Counted from the stretch's first letter, positions 29,901 through 42,798 are shown. The stretch is DNA of 64,000 nt from the human T2T-CHM13v2.0 reference genome, Homo sapiens (GCF_009914755.1 NC_060936.1), one strand, 5' to 3'. Notes: generated from the sequence alone by a model not told the origin. A program made the numbers and translations.

Positions 29901-31595
29901 AATCCAACAGCACATCAAAAAAATAATATACCACAATCCAGAGGGTTTGTATCAAGGATACAAGTATGACTCAATGTAAATAAATCAATAAACATGATAA
30001 GCATCTTCACAGAATATAAGACAAATGAATATATGATCATCTCAATAGATGCAGAAAAAAATTTTTGATAAATTTCAACATCTCTTCATGAAAAAAATCT
30101 CTAAAACTCAGCATAGAAGAAACATACCTCAATATAATAAAGGCCATATGTGACAAACTCAGAGCTAATATCATACAGAATGGGGCAAAGTTTAAAGACT
30201 TTCCTCTAAGAACTGGAACAAGACAAGGATGCAAACTCTCACCACTCCTATCCACATAGTACTAGAAGTCCTAGCCAAAACAATCAGACAAGCAAAAGAA
30301 ATAAAAAGTATCTAAATTGAGAAGAGCAAGTAACATTGTTCCTCTTTGCTGATGATATGGTTTTGTATCTGGAAAATACTAAAAACTCCAGCAAAAACCT
30401 CTTAGATTTGATTAATTAATTTAGTAAAGTTTCAGGATACAAAATAAAAATACAAAAGTCAGTAGCATTTCTATGCCCCAATAATAAAATAGCTAGGAAA
30501 GAAATCAAGAAAGTGATCCCATTTAAATTAGCTACAAAAAATTAAAATACCTGGGAATAAATCAAGGAAGTTAAAGATCTCTGCACAAAACTACAAAACA
30601 CTGATGAAAGAAATTAAGGATTAAACAAACAAATTGAGAAACATCCCATGTTTATGGATCAAAAGAATTAATATCATTAAAATGACCATACTTCCCAAAG
30701 CAATTTCCACATTCAATGCAATTTCTACCAAATTACCAATGTCATATTTCATAGAATTAGAATAATCCTAAAATTAGTATGGAATGAGAACAGAGCCCAA
30801 ATAGCCAAAGCAATTCTGAACATAAAGAACAAATCTGGTCCTGACTTAATCACTATGCAATCTATGCATGTAACAAAATTGAACATGGATTTTATCAATT
30901 TGTACAAATAAAAAAATGTAAAAAAAGAACAAAGCTGGAGGCTATAGTAGCCAAAACAGCATGGTATTTTTAGACAAATGGAATGGAATAGAAAGCTCAG
31001 AAATAAAGCCATATATATATATTGTGTGTGTGTGTGTGTGTATACACACATACATGTATATATAATGTGTACATATAATGTTTTCTACATGTTCTAATAT
31101 TTATATTCCATTCCATTATACATATTCCATTTCTGTATATAGGTTATATAGAATTGGAAGACTATCTGCCATTAAAAAGAATGAAATCCTGTGATTTGCA
31201 GCAACATGGTTGAAACTGGAGTTCATTATCTTAAGTGAAATAATCTAGGCACAAAAAGATAAATATCACATGTTCTCACTTATATGTGGGAGCTAATAAC
31301 TTGATTACATGAAGGTGGAGAATGGAAAGGTAGGTAGGAAACAGAGACTGGAAAGGATGAATGGAGGGTAGGAGGGAAGGTGAAGAGAAGAGAGTTAAAA
31401 GGTGTAAACATATAGTTAAAAGAAATAAATTCAATGCTTGATAGCAGAGTACAGTGACTACAGTTAACAAAATGTATTATACTCAGGTGATGAACACCTA
31501 AATACTTGATCACTATGCAATTATATACGTGTAACAAAATCACTATGCACTATATACGTGTAAAATTAAATGCGTACAAATAAAAATAATAAAAT
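26926..31595 (+). mobile_element. Long degenerate L1 (L1MA4/L1MA4A-like 3' end): 5'UTR remnant, ORF1 and ORF2 (EN/RT) with many stops and deletions; sense to NAV3
   Basis: ORF1 motifs (cagcacattacaatcagactg, gcagaaactttacaggccagaa); EN region (ggagaacttcaacactccactttcag); RT region (ctcaatagatgcagaaaaa, ctctttgctgatgatatg = LFADDM); 3'UTR ttcaatgcttgatagcagagtac...cgtacaaataaaaa. Confidence 0.9.
30839..30923 (+). mobile_element. Tiny 5'-truncated L1MA-type 3' end inserted inside the L1 ORF2
   Basis: L1 3' terminus and A-tail, flanked by the 15-bp TSD AAAGAACAAA(T/G)CTGG at 30824-30838 and 30924-30938. Confidence 0.8.
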
Positions 31596-32699
31596 ACTAA
31601 TCCAGTATCATTCACTGACAATGTTAACTCAGGTGGATAGGCATTAAGTCAATACTACTATAAGAACCACTTCTTGTTTATGTTAATGCCATATAGAATG
31701 AAATAAAATTCACTAAAATCCAAAAAATTAGAAAAACTATCAAAACTCAATAATATTAAGACAACCCAATAAAAATGTGGTCAAAGGATTTGAACATACA
31801 TGTCACCAAAAAATATATTCAAATTTCCAATAAATACATGTAACAATGTTCGACATCGTTAGTCATCAGAGAAATACAAAATAAAATGGTAATGAGATAC
31901 TACTAGATAGGCTTTTACAGAGACTGACAATACCAAGTATTGACAAGGATATGGAGCAACTGAAATTCTCATTCCTTGTGGTAAGAATGTACAATTATAT
32001 AACCACATTGAAAAAACAAGTTTTCAGTTTCTTTATTCACCCAAAATATATGTCTTTTGGAAAAAATTTTTTCCAGTCTGTGGGTTGTCTTCTCATTCTC
32101 TTGATATATGTCTTTTCAAAGAGGCTGAGCTTTACTTTAGACAGTGGTCATCAAAGTGTGTATATTTGTGTTTTTATAATTTATATGCATATATTCCTGT
32201 GAAAAGATACTGTATGCATTGTTCAACATGTACAAATATAAGAAAGATATAGTAAAGAAATATATATTTCTAAATTTATAAATGTATTTATTGGTGTTCC
32301 ACGTTGCAAACTAAATAATCTACGTTGGCTAATTTAAGGAATTAAACTATAGTAGAAGGTTCTCATTTATTGGGATGATTAGAACCAGCCTTTTTGCAGG
32401 CTATTAGCGAATCATAGCACTAGGGCTTCACTGCTACCTCCACTGACACCTCTGACACTTGAAACTTGAGGCCAGATATCTGCCCATGCTGATAGAAAAC
32501 AACTGAATAATTTAATTTGCTAGATAATAGAAAAGAATCAAATGACTCTGCCACATTGCTTGCCAGAAGATTGTTTTTCTCATTTGTGACCTCTTGCCTA
32601 TAAATGATAGATAGTCCCTGTGCTGCATGCTATAGGTGTTCGTAAGAGAGTCTGGGAATGTGAGCTTTTTATATCCTATTTTTGGGTGGTAAAGGTCAT

Positions 32700-35054
32700 T
32701 CTATTAGTCTGTTCTTAAACTGCTAATGAAGACATACCCCAAATTGGGTACTTTATGAAAGAAAGAGGTTTAATTGACTCACAGTTCAACATGACTGGGG
32801 AGGCCTAAGGAAAGTTATAATCATGGGGGAAGGGGAAGCACACATGTCCTTCACATGGTAGCAGGAAGGATAATGAGTAAAAGGGGGAAAAGCCCCTTAT
32901 AAAACTATCAAATCCCATGAGAACTCACTCTCACAAGAACACAATTAGAGTAACTGCCCCCATGACTCAATTACTTCCCACCAGGTCCCTCCCACAACAC
33001 ATGGGGCTTATGGGAACTACAATTCAAGATGAGATTTGGGTGGGGACACAGCCACACCATTTCATTCCACCTCTGACCCCTCCCAAATCTCGTGTTCTCA
33101 CAATTCAAATACAATCATGCCCTTCCAACAGTCCCCCCAAAGTCTTAACACATTTCAGTATTAACACAAAAGTCCAAGTCCAAAGTCTAATCTGAGACAA
33201 GGCAAGTCCCTTCTGCCTATGAGCCTGTAAATTCGAAAGCAAGTTAGCTACTTCCTAGATACAATAGGGTCACAGTCATTGGGTAAATACACACATTCCA
33301 AACGGGAGGAATTGACCAAAACCAAGGGGCTACAGGCCTCATGGAGGTCCAAAATCCAATAGGGCCATTGTTAAACCTTAAAGTTTCAAAATTATCTCCT
33401 TTGACTTCATATCTCACGTCTAGGTCATGATTATGCAAGAGGTGGGCTCCCACAGCTTTGGGCAGCTCTGCCTCTGTGGCTTTGCAGGGTACAGCCCCAC
33501 TCCAGGCTGCTTTTACAAGCTAGTGTTGAGTGCCTGCAGCTTTTCCAGGCACATGGGTGCAAGCTGTAGGTGGATCTACCATTCTGTGGTCTGGAGGATG
33601 GTGGCCTTCATCTCACAGATCCACTAGGCAGTACCCCAGTGGGGACTCTGTGTGGGGGCTCTGATCCCACATTTCCCTTCCACACTGCCCTAGCAGAGGT
33701 TCACCATGAGGGCTCCACCCCTGCAGCAAACTTCTGCCTGAACATCCAAGCATTTCCTTACATCCTCTGGAATCTAGGCGGAGGTTTCCAGACCTCAATT
33801 GTTGACTTCTCTGCAAATGTAGGCTCAACACCCCATGGAAGCTGGCAAAGCTTGGGGCTTTCACCTTCTGAAGCCATGGCCTTAGCTGTACCTTGGCCCT
33901 TATTAGTTAAAGCTGGAGCAGCTGGGTTGCAGGGCACCAAGTCCCTATGGTGCATACAGCAGGGGGGCCCTGGACCCAGCCCACAAAACCAATTTTCCCT
34001 CCTAGGCTTCTGGGCCTGCGATGAGTAGGGTTGCCACAAAACTGTCTGACATGCCTTGGAGACATTTTCCCTATTGTCTTATTAAGATTTGGCTCATAGT
34101 TACTTATGCAAATTTCTGCAGCAGGCTTGAATTTCTCCTCAGAAAATGAGTTTTTCTTTTCTATGGCATCATCAGGTTGCAAATTTTTAAAACTTTTATG
34201 CTCTGCTTCCCTTTTACAATTAAGTTCCAATTCCAAACCATATCTTTCTGGATACATAAAACTGAATGCTTATAACAGCACCCAAATCATATCCTGAACA
34301 CTTTGCTTCTCAGAAATATCTTCTACCAGATACCCTAAATTATCGCTCTCAAGTTCAAAGTACCACAGATCTCTAGGGCAGGGGCAAAATGCCACCAGTC
34401 TCTTTGCTAAAGCATAACAAGAGTCACCTTTGCTCCAGTTCCCAACAAGTTCCTCATCTCCATCTGAGACCACCTTAGCCTGGATTTCATTGTCCATATC
34501 ATTATCAGCATGTTGGTCAAAGCCATTCAACAAGTCTCTAGGAAGTTTCAAACTTTCCCACATCTTCCTATCTTTTTCTGAGGCCTCCAAACTGTTCCAA
34601 CTTCTGCCTGTTACCCAGTTGCAAAGTTACTGCCACATTTCTGGGTATCTTTACAGCAGTGCCCCACTCCTGGTACCAATTTACCATATCCATTTATTCT
34701 CATGCTGATAATAAAGACATACCCAAGGCTGGGTAGTTTATAAAGAAAAAAGAGGTTTAATTGACTCACAGTTCAGCATGGTTGGCAAGGCCTCAGGAAA
34801 CAGAATCATGGTGGAAGGGAAGCAAACACATCCTCCTTCACATGGTGGCAGGGAGAAGAATGAGCAAAACGGGGGAAAAACCCTTATAAAATCATCAGAT
34901 CTCATGAGAACTCACTCTCTTGAGAACAGCATGAGGGTAACCATGTCCATGATTCCATTACCTCCCAACGGGTTCCTCCCATGACACGTGAAGATTATGG
35001 GAACTACTACAATTCAAGAGGAGATTTGGGTGGGGACACAGCCAAACCATGTCA
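32700..35054 (-). mobile_element. Full-length THE1 (THE1D-like) MaLR provirus: LTR about 32700-33065, internal region, LTR about 34685-35054
   Basis: Two LTRs, MaLR internal ORF remnants, and perfect 5-bp TSD GTCAT at 32695-32699 and 35055-35059. Confidence 0.93.
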
Positions 35055-35623
35055 GTCATGATATGAGAAATTATCAAATTAAGATGTAGGGAAGGTTTTT
35101 AAAAGATTTGAGCAACCACAAATGACAGATATGTGCTATAGTAGTGCAAAATACCATTTTGCTCTTATTAAAAATATAATTGTTCTTGATAATCTGAATT
35201 ATAAATGTCATGGATAATTATGATGCATTATGCTCTCAGCAGCTAAAACTTCAAGCAAAATACACACCTAGAGAGCAATCAGCCTTAACAATAATTCTAT
35301 AAATTTAATTTTCTTTATTTCTGATAATTACATTTTAGTTGACTTCATATGTGATCTAAATACATTACCATTATTTTGGACTTATGATGTAGCTCTTGAA
35401 GTACATATATGATGTAGCTCTTAAAGTACATATAGAAGAGCAGATAAAGTATCAGTTCACCATTTCTTTGTAGTTTGTGCTTTCATGATGAATATTCTCA
35501 TCAATGTACAGATTATTTGCAGGAGCCTTTTAAATCCATGTGTCCATTTTATGAGACTTAGCTTTTGTCTGTATATAATGTGTTTATTCAGTGTGCATGG
35601 ATTAATTTGAGAGAGCACAGGTA

Positions 35624-35700
35624 TGGGTATCTTTACAGCAGTGCCCCACTCCTGGCACCAATTTACTGTATTAGTTTATTCTCATGCTACTAATAAAGAC
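35624..35700 (-). repeat. Isolated 77-bp copy of the THE1 internal/LTR junction (matches 34642-34718)
   Basis: Ungapped alignment; the first 32 bp are identical. Confidence 0.85.
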
Positions 35701-35917
35701 TATATATCACAATAAACTGAGAACCAGCTGGTAAATGAGAGAACTGTGGTCCACCTTTTCATTGTGGAGTTCTCATTTTCCTTAGCTTATGCTGCTTATT
35801 CAACACTATTTCTGCATAATCTAATGCATTCACTAAATGAAGGTGCTGTGTTAGCCTCCACATGATATTAATACAGCCTATTTAATTTATCCTTCTTTAG
35901 ATTAAAAATAAATAAGT

Positions 35918-36255
35918 AGTCATGTGCCACAGAATGACACTTCAGTCATTTGGTCATTGAAGGACCACATCTATTACTGTGGTCCAATAAGATTATAATA
36001 ACATATTTTTCCTGTACATTTTCATTGTTCTGATATGTTTTGATACATAAATGCTTACCATCGTGTTAGAGTTGCCTGCAGTATTCAGTACAGTAACATG
36101 CTGTACACCTAGGAGCAACAGGCTATACCACATACCTTAGGTGTATAGTTAGGTTATACCATCTAGGTTTGTATAAGTACACTCTATGATGTTCTCACAA
36201 TGAACAAAATCACCTAATGATGCATTTCTCAAAACATGTCCCTGTCATTAATACA
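35918..36255. mobile_element. Tigger3a/MER7-like TcMar DNA transposon
   Basis: agtcatgtgcc...tggtccaataagattataata...gttgcctgcagtattcagtacagtaacatgctgtac...aaaatcacctaatgatgcatttctca. Confidence 0.8.
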
Positions 36256-37105
36256 GTATGTAACAATACAGTTAGTACAATATGTAATACATGACTATAT
36301 TCAGAATTTTAGCTATTTCTCTTATATTTCAAATGGATTTTCTTATGCACTGTGTGGCACGGGCATTTCATTTTAGTAACCACAGTCTGGGAAAGGAGAA
36401 GTCTTTGAAGGATGTTGAGCAAGGTTATGACATGGCCAGATGTGAATTTTTGATCAGTGACTCCATGTTAGCAGATAAAGTTGTATTGGGAAAGATCAAA
36501 AGCATGAAGGCCAGATAAGAGGATACTGTATGTTATCATGGATGGAAATGTGAGGGATGGCAGGAGAGATGCTATGATTGAATGAATCTCAATATTCTTG
36601 GTGATCAAAGAATAATGAGACTCATCCAATAAGACTCTGTGAATGATTGAATGTAGTTCCTAAGCTAGGAGGAAGAATGAGGAATGATTTTCTGGTTCCT
36701 GACTACAGCACAAGTTTTTGATTTTTAGAACAAAGAATAAATTTGTACATGCTTTATGATTCCTGGTTGAATTTTTAAGGATAAAAAAGTCAGCTGTAAT
36801 ATTATTCTTTCCTGATACCATGCAGTATTTGTATCAGTGATCTTATTCATTCCACACACATTCTTCTTGAACCTGGACACTGCTCTAGACACTGATTCTT
36901 TCCAAATATCAGATAAGGTTATTCTTACGTAGACCCTCAGTTCATATAAATATGATTTTCCCAAAATGTGAAATAAGTGACTTTTCATAAGATATTTTTT
37001 AAAAGAATGTCTTAATAATAAATTGTGAATGTTGCATGGAAATGTAGGTGACTTGCATTGTGCATCCTGTGTTTGATTCACTGCTCTTGCATGTCTTGCC
37101 TTTAG

Positions 37106-37238
37106 CTGGGATGACAGCAGTTCAGTGAGCAGTGGTCTCAGTGACACCCTTGATAACATCAGCACTGATGACCTGAACACCACATCCTCTGTCAGCTCTT
37201 ACTCCAACATCACCGTCCCCTCTAGGAAGAATACTCAG
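37106..37238 (+). CDS. NAV3: NAV3 internal coding exon (133 nt, phase 2 to 0): (S)WDDSSSVSSGLSDTLDNISTDDLNTTSSVSSYSNITVPSRKNTQ
   Basis: Acceptor cttgcctttag|C and donor CAG|gtgaga. Overlaps ORF 37125..37331 and its frame joins the next exon. Confidence 0.95.
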
Positions 37239-37491
37239 GTGAGAATTACCACCTTTCTTTTTCCAGTGTTTCTGCCAGCTTTTTCCCCAAAATTACTTAA
37301 TATTAGATTAAGGTATAGCACAAGCCCTTAATCCAAAATTATTACAGAAACTGGAAAATGCAGAGATAATAAGGACTCCCTTTGCCACTCCTGAACCCTG
37401 AAGCATCTTTCATCTTAGTCTTTCCTAAAGCCACAACCCTTAGGAGGAGCAACAATGTGCACTGCAGCCAATTTTGAATAAACAGAAGCAG

Positions 37492-37494
<3 letters not shown>

Positions 37495-37533
<39 letters not shown>

Positions 37534-37920
37534 ATACATTACATATTTATATATATGTAATATATGTGCCATATAGCCTGGTGGTATAGTTATCTATACA
37601 AATATATTTATTTATTGTTAATATATAGAGTATATAAATATCTATTTATATAATAGATATTTATATATATTAAATATCTATTTATATAATAGATATTTAT
37701 ATATATTAAATATATAAAAATATATAACATATAATAGATATATATTTTATATATTATATAAATATATATTTATATATTTAATATATTAATGATGAATTAC
37801 TATATTTGTATAGATAACTACACCACCAAGCTATATGGTGTGTATATATTAATATATAATGTATAATTCTATATTAATATAATAGTAACATATCAATACT
37901 TAATATAATATATATTCAAT
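37495..37920. repeat. (TA)n plus AT-rich imperfect palindrome (arms about 37561-37658 and 37749-37846)
   Basis: 37571-37606 is the reverse complement of 37801-37836 at 34/36 positions, and pairing extends imperfectly in both directions. Confidence 0.88.
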
Positions 37921-38396
37921 TGATTACAATCTAATTCAGAAAGATTTATGTTGCCATATCTCTCCTTACAATATCGATATGTTTGTTTAAAAATCCAGCA
38001 ATTATTTTCATAGTCTAATTTTAGATAGTTCTTGATTAATTTTATATGATCTCTGAAATATATCACTGGATCTGTTGTGAATGATAAATCAAAAATGAAA
38101 AATGGACATTACATCATTAAGTTCTAGCTTGTCTTACTACTTCTTATGACATTTGATATAGAAAATTTCTACCTTTCTGTAGCGTTTAATTGGTGTTTTC
38201 TGCATGTATTTATTCTGAAATTCTCTAATATCTGCAAGTGGGAATTATGTGGCTAAAATTAATAAAATGTAAGTGAAGGTAAATCAAAATAGAATCTTTG
38301 GATTTATCCAGTTATCTGAAAGTACATTTCATTGCCTTAATTCACACTTTATAAATTTTTCTACATAAAGTTTTTCTGTAATATTTGTCTTTATAG

Positions 38397-38667
38397 CTGA
38401 GGACAGATTCAGAGAAACGCTCCACCACAGACGAGACCTGGGATAGTCCTGAGGAACTGAAAAAACCAGAAGAAGATTTTGACAGCCATGGGGATGCTGG
38501 TGGCAAGTGGAAGACTGTGTCCTCTGGACTTCCTGAAGACCCCGAGAAGGCAGGGCAGAAAGCTTCCCTGTCTGTTTCACAGACAGGTTCCTGGAGAAGA
38601 GGCATGTCTGCCCAAGGAGGGGCGCCATCTAGGCAGAAAGCTGGAACAAGTGCACTCAAAACACCCG
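38397..38667 (+). CDS. NAV3: NAV3 internal coding exon (271 nt, phase 0 to 1): LRTDSEKRSTTDETWDSPEELKKPEE...GTSALKTP
   Basis: Acceptor tgtctttatag|CTG and donor CCCG|gtaggc. Open frame, matching ORF 38517..38783. Confidence 0.95.
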
Positions 38668-39606
38668 GTAGGCTTGTCGTTTGCCAGCTGTTATGCAAAA
38701 GTGCTTTACTTTATTGTTTCCATTCAATCTTTGTTTTCTCTAACAATAGCATTTCTAAAATACCAAATTCTTATCCATATTAAACATGGAGTCAAATAGT
38801 TAAATAGTTTTTCTGTCTACGTTTCACAAACTCGTCATAGAAGCCCAAGTAGGGCCTATATCTAGGCATTCTCTGGAAAGCCTCCTCATAAACTAGGGGT
38901 ACTGGATGCCTTACCTTGCCAGAGTTATTTCAGGTAATGGGGAAATAAGATTAGGTTGCTAAAGCAACAGTTAAGTTTTTTTGTTTTTGTTCTGCGTTCT
39001 TAATGAAAGTTTGGAATTTTTACACTAAATATGCCACTGAATTGCACTACAGACTCTGAGAGGAACAAGCAATGACACTAATCAATTGGAATGCTGGAGA
39101 TTTGAAATATTGTCTGTGTATTAGACTTCATGAAAGAAGAGAATGAAATAGTTCTTCAAAATTGTGCCATACTTTTTTTAAAAAGACTCTCCCCGTATTT
39201 TTAAAATAATGCCTAATTATAAATAGTGCCACCTGAAGCACTAATTAACAGGGTACTCCAAATATAATCATCTCACAGATATTCAAATGAATTCTTTTTC
39301 TAGTAATTAGCTTGATAGGGTTAAGTGTTACCTTTTTAAAAAGAGTTGCAAAATATAAGACATTAACAAATAGCAAAACATATGTTTTCATTTTATCTCT
39401 TCCATCTCTCATAATGTTTCTTCTGACAGCCAAATTTTTGTAGCTATGCACTCAGTCCTCTCAATATATGAGATTTTTGATCTAAGACAATACATTTAGG
39501 AAGGGAAATAATATAAAGAAGCATTCACATTTTACACATTGTTTCACGAAGTGTGGTGATATCAAACTCTACAGGCACATATATTTGTGTATTTCTCCTT
39601 AATTAG

Positions 39607-40315
39607 GGAAAACCGATGATGCCAAAGCTTCTGAGAAAGGAAAAGCTCCCCTAAAAGGATCATCTCTACAAAGATCTCCTTCAGATGCAGGAAAAAGCAG
39701 TGGAGATGAAGGGAAAAAGCCCCCCTCAGGCATTGGAAGATCGACTGCCACCAGCTCCTTTGGCTTTAAGAAACCAAGTGGAGTAGGGTCATCTGCCATG
39801 ATCACCAGCAGTGGAGCAACCATAACAAGTGGCTCTGCAACACTGGGTAAAATTCCAAAATCTGCTGCCATTGGCGGGAAGTCAAATGCAGGGAGAAAAA
39901 CCAGTTTGGACGGTTCACAGAATCAGGATGATGTTGTGCTGCATGTTAGCTCAAAGACTACCCTACAATATCGCAGCTTGCCCCGCCCTTCAAAATCCAG
40001 CACCAGTGGCATTCCTGGCCGAGGAGGCCACAGATCCAGTACCAGCAGTATTGATTCCAACGTCAGCAGCAAGTCTGCTGGGGCCACCACCTCGAAACTG
40101 AGAGAACCAACTAAAATTGGGTCAGGGCGCTCGAGTCCTGTCACCGTCAACCAAACAGACAAGGAAAAGGAAAAAGTAGCAGTCTCAGATTCAGAAAGTG
40201 TTTCTTTGTCAGGTTCCCCCAAATCCAGCCCCACCTCTGCCAGCGCCTGTGGTGCACAAGGTCTCAGGCAGCCAGGATCCAAGTATCCAGATATTGCCTC
40301 ACCCACATTTCGAAG
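39607..40315 (+). CDS. NAV3: NAV3 internal coding exon (709 nt, phase 1 to 2): (G)KTDDAKASEKGK...SSFGFKKP...KYPDIASPTFR
   Basis: Acceptor ttctccttaattag|GG and donor CGAAG|gtaagg. Matches ORF 39798..40319. Confidence 0.96.
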
Positions 40316-42309
40316 GTAAGGATGTATAAAATGATGCTGGAAAAATATAAAGGATAAATATGTGTTAGACACATACATTACATATAAATGTGTGTATATA
40401 TATATTTTAAATATGTATAAGGTATATAATATATATATCTTAGAATTCTTTAAAGTACACAGTGAGCTCTATGAAGCTTATCATATAAACAGCTAGCAAA
40501 AAAAATAGTTCTCATTTTGAGAAACAGTCAAACTTCAAAGTTTCACTGTCATTGTGATACTAGCAACACAAACATCTAAGAGACTTAAAAGCTGATGGTA
40601 ATACCTAAGTGTAGTGATAAGGCAAAGTAATAGCTTGTAAAATTTCTATAGATTTCCATTCCTCCTTTTCACATTAAAAATTAAAACCAAATAGGTTTTC
40701 ATGACTTTTGGCATTCATTTCCAGTGTCATTTTCTTGCTGGCTCTTAATGAGTTGGTGATCATAAATGTAGATGAAGTTGTTTTCCTTGTAACAGATTCC
40801 ATTGGACAGATTTATACAGTGTCATATCTTGACACATTAAAGACAATCAAGATATGACATAATTTGAAACTATTCCAGTGTTTGGTACAGTATCACAACT
40901 GAAGAGTGGGCTAAGCTTTCTAACTCTTCATCTGCTTTCTTTGACATGACTCTGGTAAGGATCATGACTTGGTTTCTGTTCCTGGATTGTTTTTGGTGTT
41001 AAATATGTGAAGTTCTGCTCTAAGATATCACTGTTTTTAAATACCCATGTGTTTTTAAGTGGTAGGAAAATAAATGCAGTTAAAAATTGGGGACAAATAT
41101 CTAAACCTCTCTGAGTCTGTTTTCTCATCTGCAAAATGGTAGAGTGTGGTTTATAGTTCATTATGGGTTCAATATTTTTAATGTTTGTTTTTATTCTGTT
41201 GACTAAACCCAGAACTTTGATATCTTGGAAAGGAAAGATTTTGAAACATTTATTTTACAATAAAGCAATTTCAGATACCTGATTGTTTGAAAAACCTAAA
41301 GGCTTTATTCCTCCGTAGTAATATTAATGCTGCAGAACTGTCTTTTTAAAATACTGATTCTCATTGGGAAGAATGAATTATGGCGTATAGGGAGAGTAAA
41401 TATTTCTGTTTCTTAAGTAAAAGCCAATAGTGCCCTCCTGTGGCCCATTACCTATGAAACAATTTCTCATATTCGTCATAAAATATTTCACTGTAGGAAA
41501 TATGGATTTCATTGCAACTCAATTAGTAATCATTATGCCATTACTTCATATCATTGTATTTCCATATTTACATAAATTTGATTCTACCATCTGCTTCATT
41601 TACAAAACTAAAATGTTTTCTGAACTAAACTCCAAAATCTAACAGCACCAGCTCTGTTTCAAATCACTATTAAAAAATGTATTTGAATAGCACTGGCAAC
41701 TGACATAAAACCCTTTGGCCTCTGCTGGGGAAAATACAGACAAACTGACTTGTTGCCGACAATATCAATATTGTTTCCAACCAACTGCTCCCTGACAGTG
41801 ACTCAGACCACCAGATACTCAACACAACTCCCTAAACTTGCTTTAAGCGTTCCATCTAGATTTTGAATAAACTGTTTAAAAATTTAAAAATAAAAAAAAA
41901 AGAGAAGAGCTCATTTAAGTGTTGTCTATCGAATGCGTAGAAGTTGTTTCATTATAATGGTTCTGTAAATAGGTAACAGCAAGTATGGTCAAACTACTGA
42001 CTTTGAGTGAAAGTCTCATGATCACTTAAATTATGAAAACCAGGGGTTTTCATGTTTGACTTACTTTTGTTCCACCCACTTCCCCTCTTTCCCTAGTAGC
42101 AGCTCAGTACTGACCTACCCTTATATGAGAGATTTTCTGCACTTGATAAAGAAGTCCAAGCTTATAAAAGTTCATTAACATAGAGACAGGAAGTGCTTTG
42201 TAGTTCAGTACATCAAAGCACACTTGGCTCTGTGTACTGTAACCCGAAATATTAAATGTGGATATTAGCTTCTTGGAACAACTGAAGTTGTTATTTGTTT
42301 TTCTTTTAG

Positions 42310-42798
42310 GTTGTTTGGTGCCAAGGCAGGTGGCAAATCTGCCTCTGCACCTAATACTGAGGGTGTGAAATCTTCCTCAGTAATGCCCAGCCCTAGTACC
42401 ACATTAGCGCGGCAAGGCAGTCTGGAGTCACCGTCGTCCGGTACGGGCAGCATGGGCAGTGCTGGTGGGCTAAGCGGCAGCAGCAGCCCTCTCTTCAATA
42501 AACCCTCAGACTTAACTACAGATGTTATAAGCTTAAGTCACTCGTTGGCCTCCAGCCCAGCATCGGTTCACTCTTTCACATCAGGTGGTCTCGTGTGGGC
42601 TGCCAATATGAGCAGTTCCTCTGCAGGCAGCAAGGATACTCCGAGCTACCAGTCCATGACTAGCCTCCACACGAGCTCTGAGTCCATTGACCTCCCCCTC
42701 AGCCATCATGGCTCCTTGTCTGGACTGACCACAGGCACTCACGAGGTCCAGAGCCTGCTCATGAGAACGGGTAGTGTGAGATCTACTCTCTCAGAAAG
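42310..42798 (+). CDS. NAV3: NAV3 internal coding exon (489 nt, phase 2 to 2): (R)LFGAKAGGKSASAPN...GSVRSTLSE
   Basis: Acceptor ttttcttttag|G and donor GAAAG|gtgagc. Matches ORF 42311..42802. Confidence 0.96.

Noticed and set aside
27962-31543. ORFs within the long L1 as a functional ORF1/ORF2
   Set aside because: Numerous stops, frameshifts and deletions; an ancient inactive copy.
35383-35432. 25-bp tandem duplication (tatgatgtagctctt[g/a]aagtacata x2)
   Set aside because: An ordinary slippage duplication with only two units and no spacer.
40311-40319. In-frame stops directly after donors (AGG TAA here; AGG TGA at 42797-42802) as programmed truncated isoforms
   Set aside because: This follows automatically from phase-2 GTAA/GTGA donor consensus sequences.
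38329-42498. Minus-strand and alternative-frame ORFs overlapping NAV3 exons
   Set aside because: These are shadow ORFs of GC-richer coding sequence, with no independent support.
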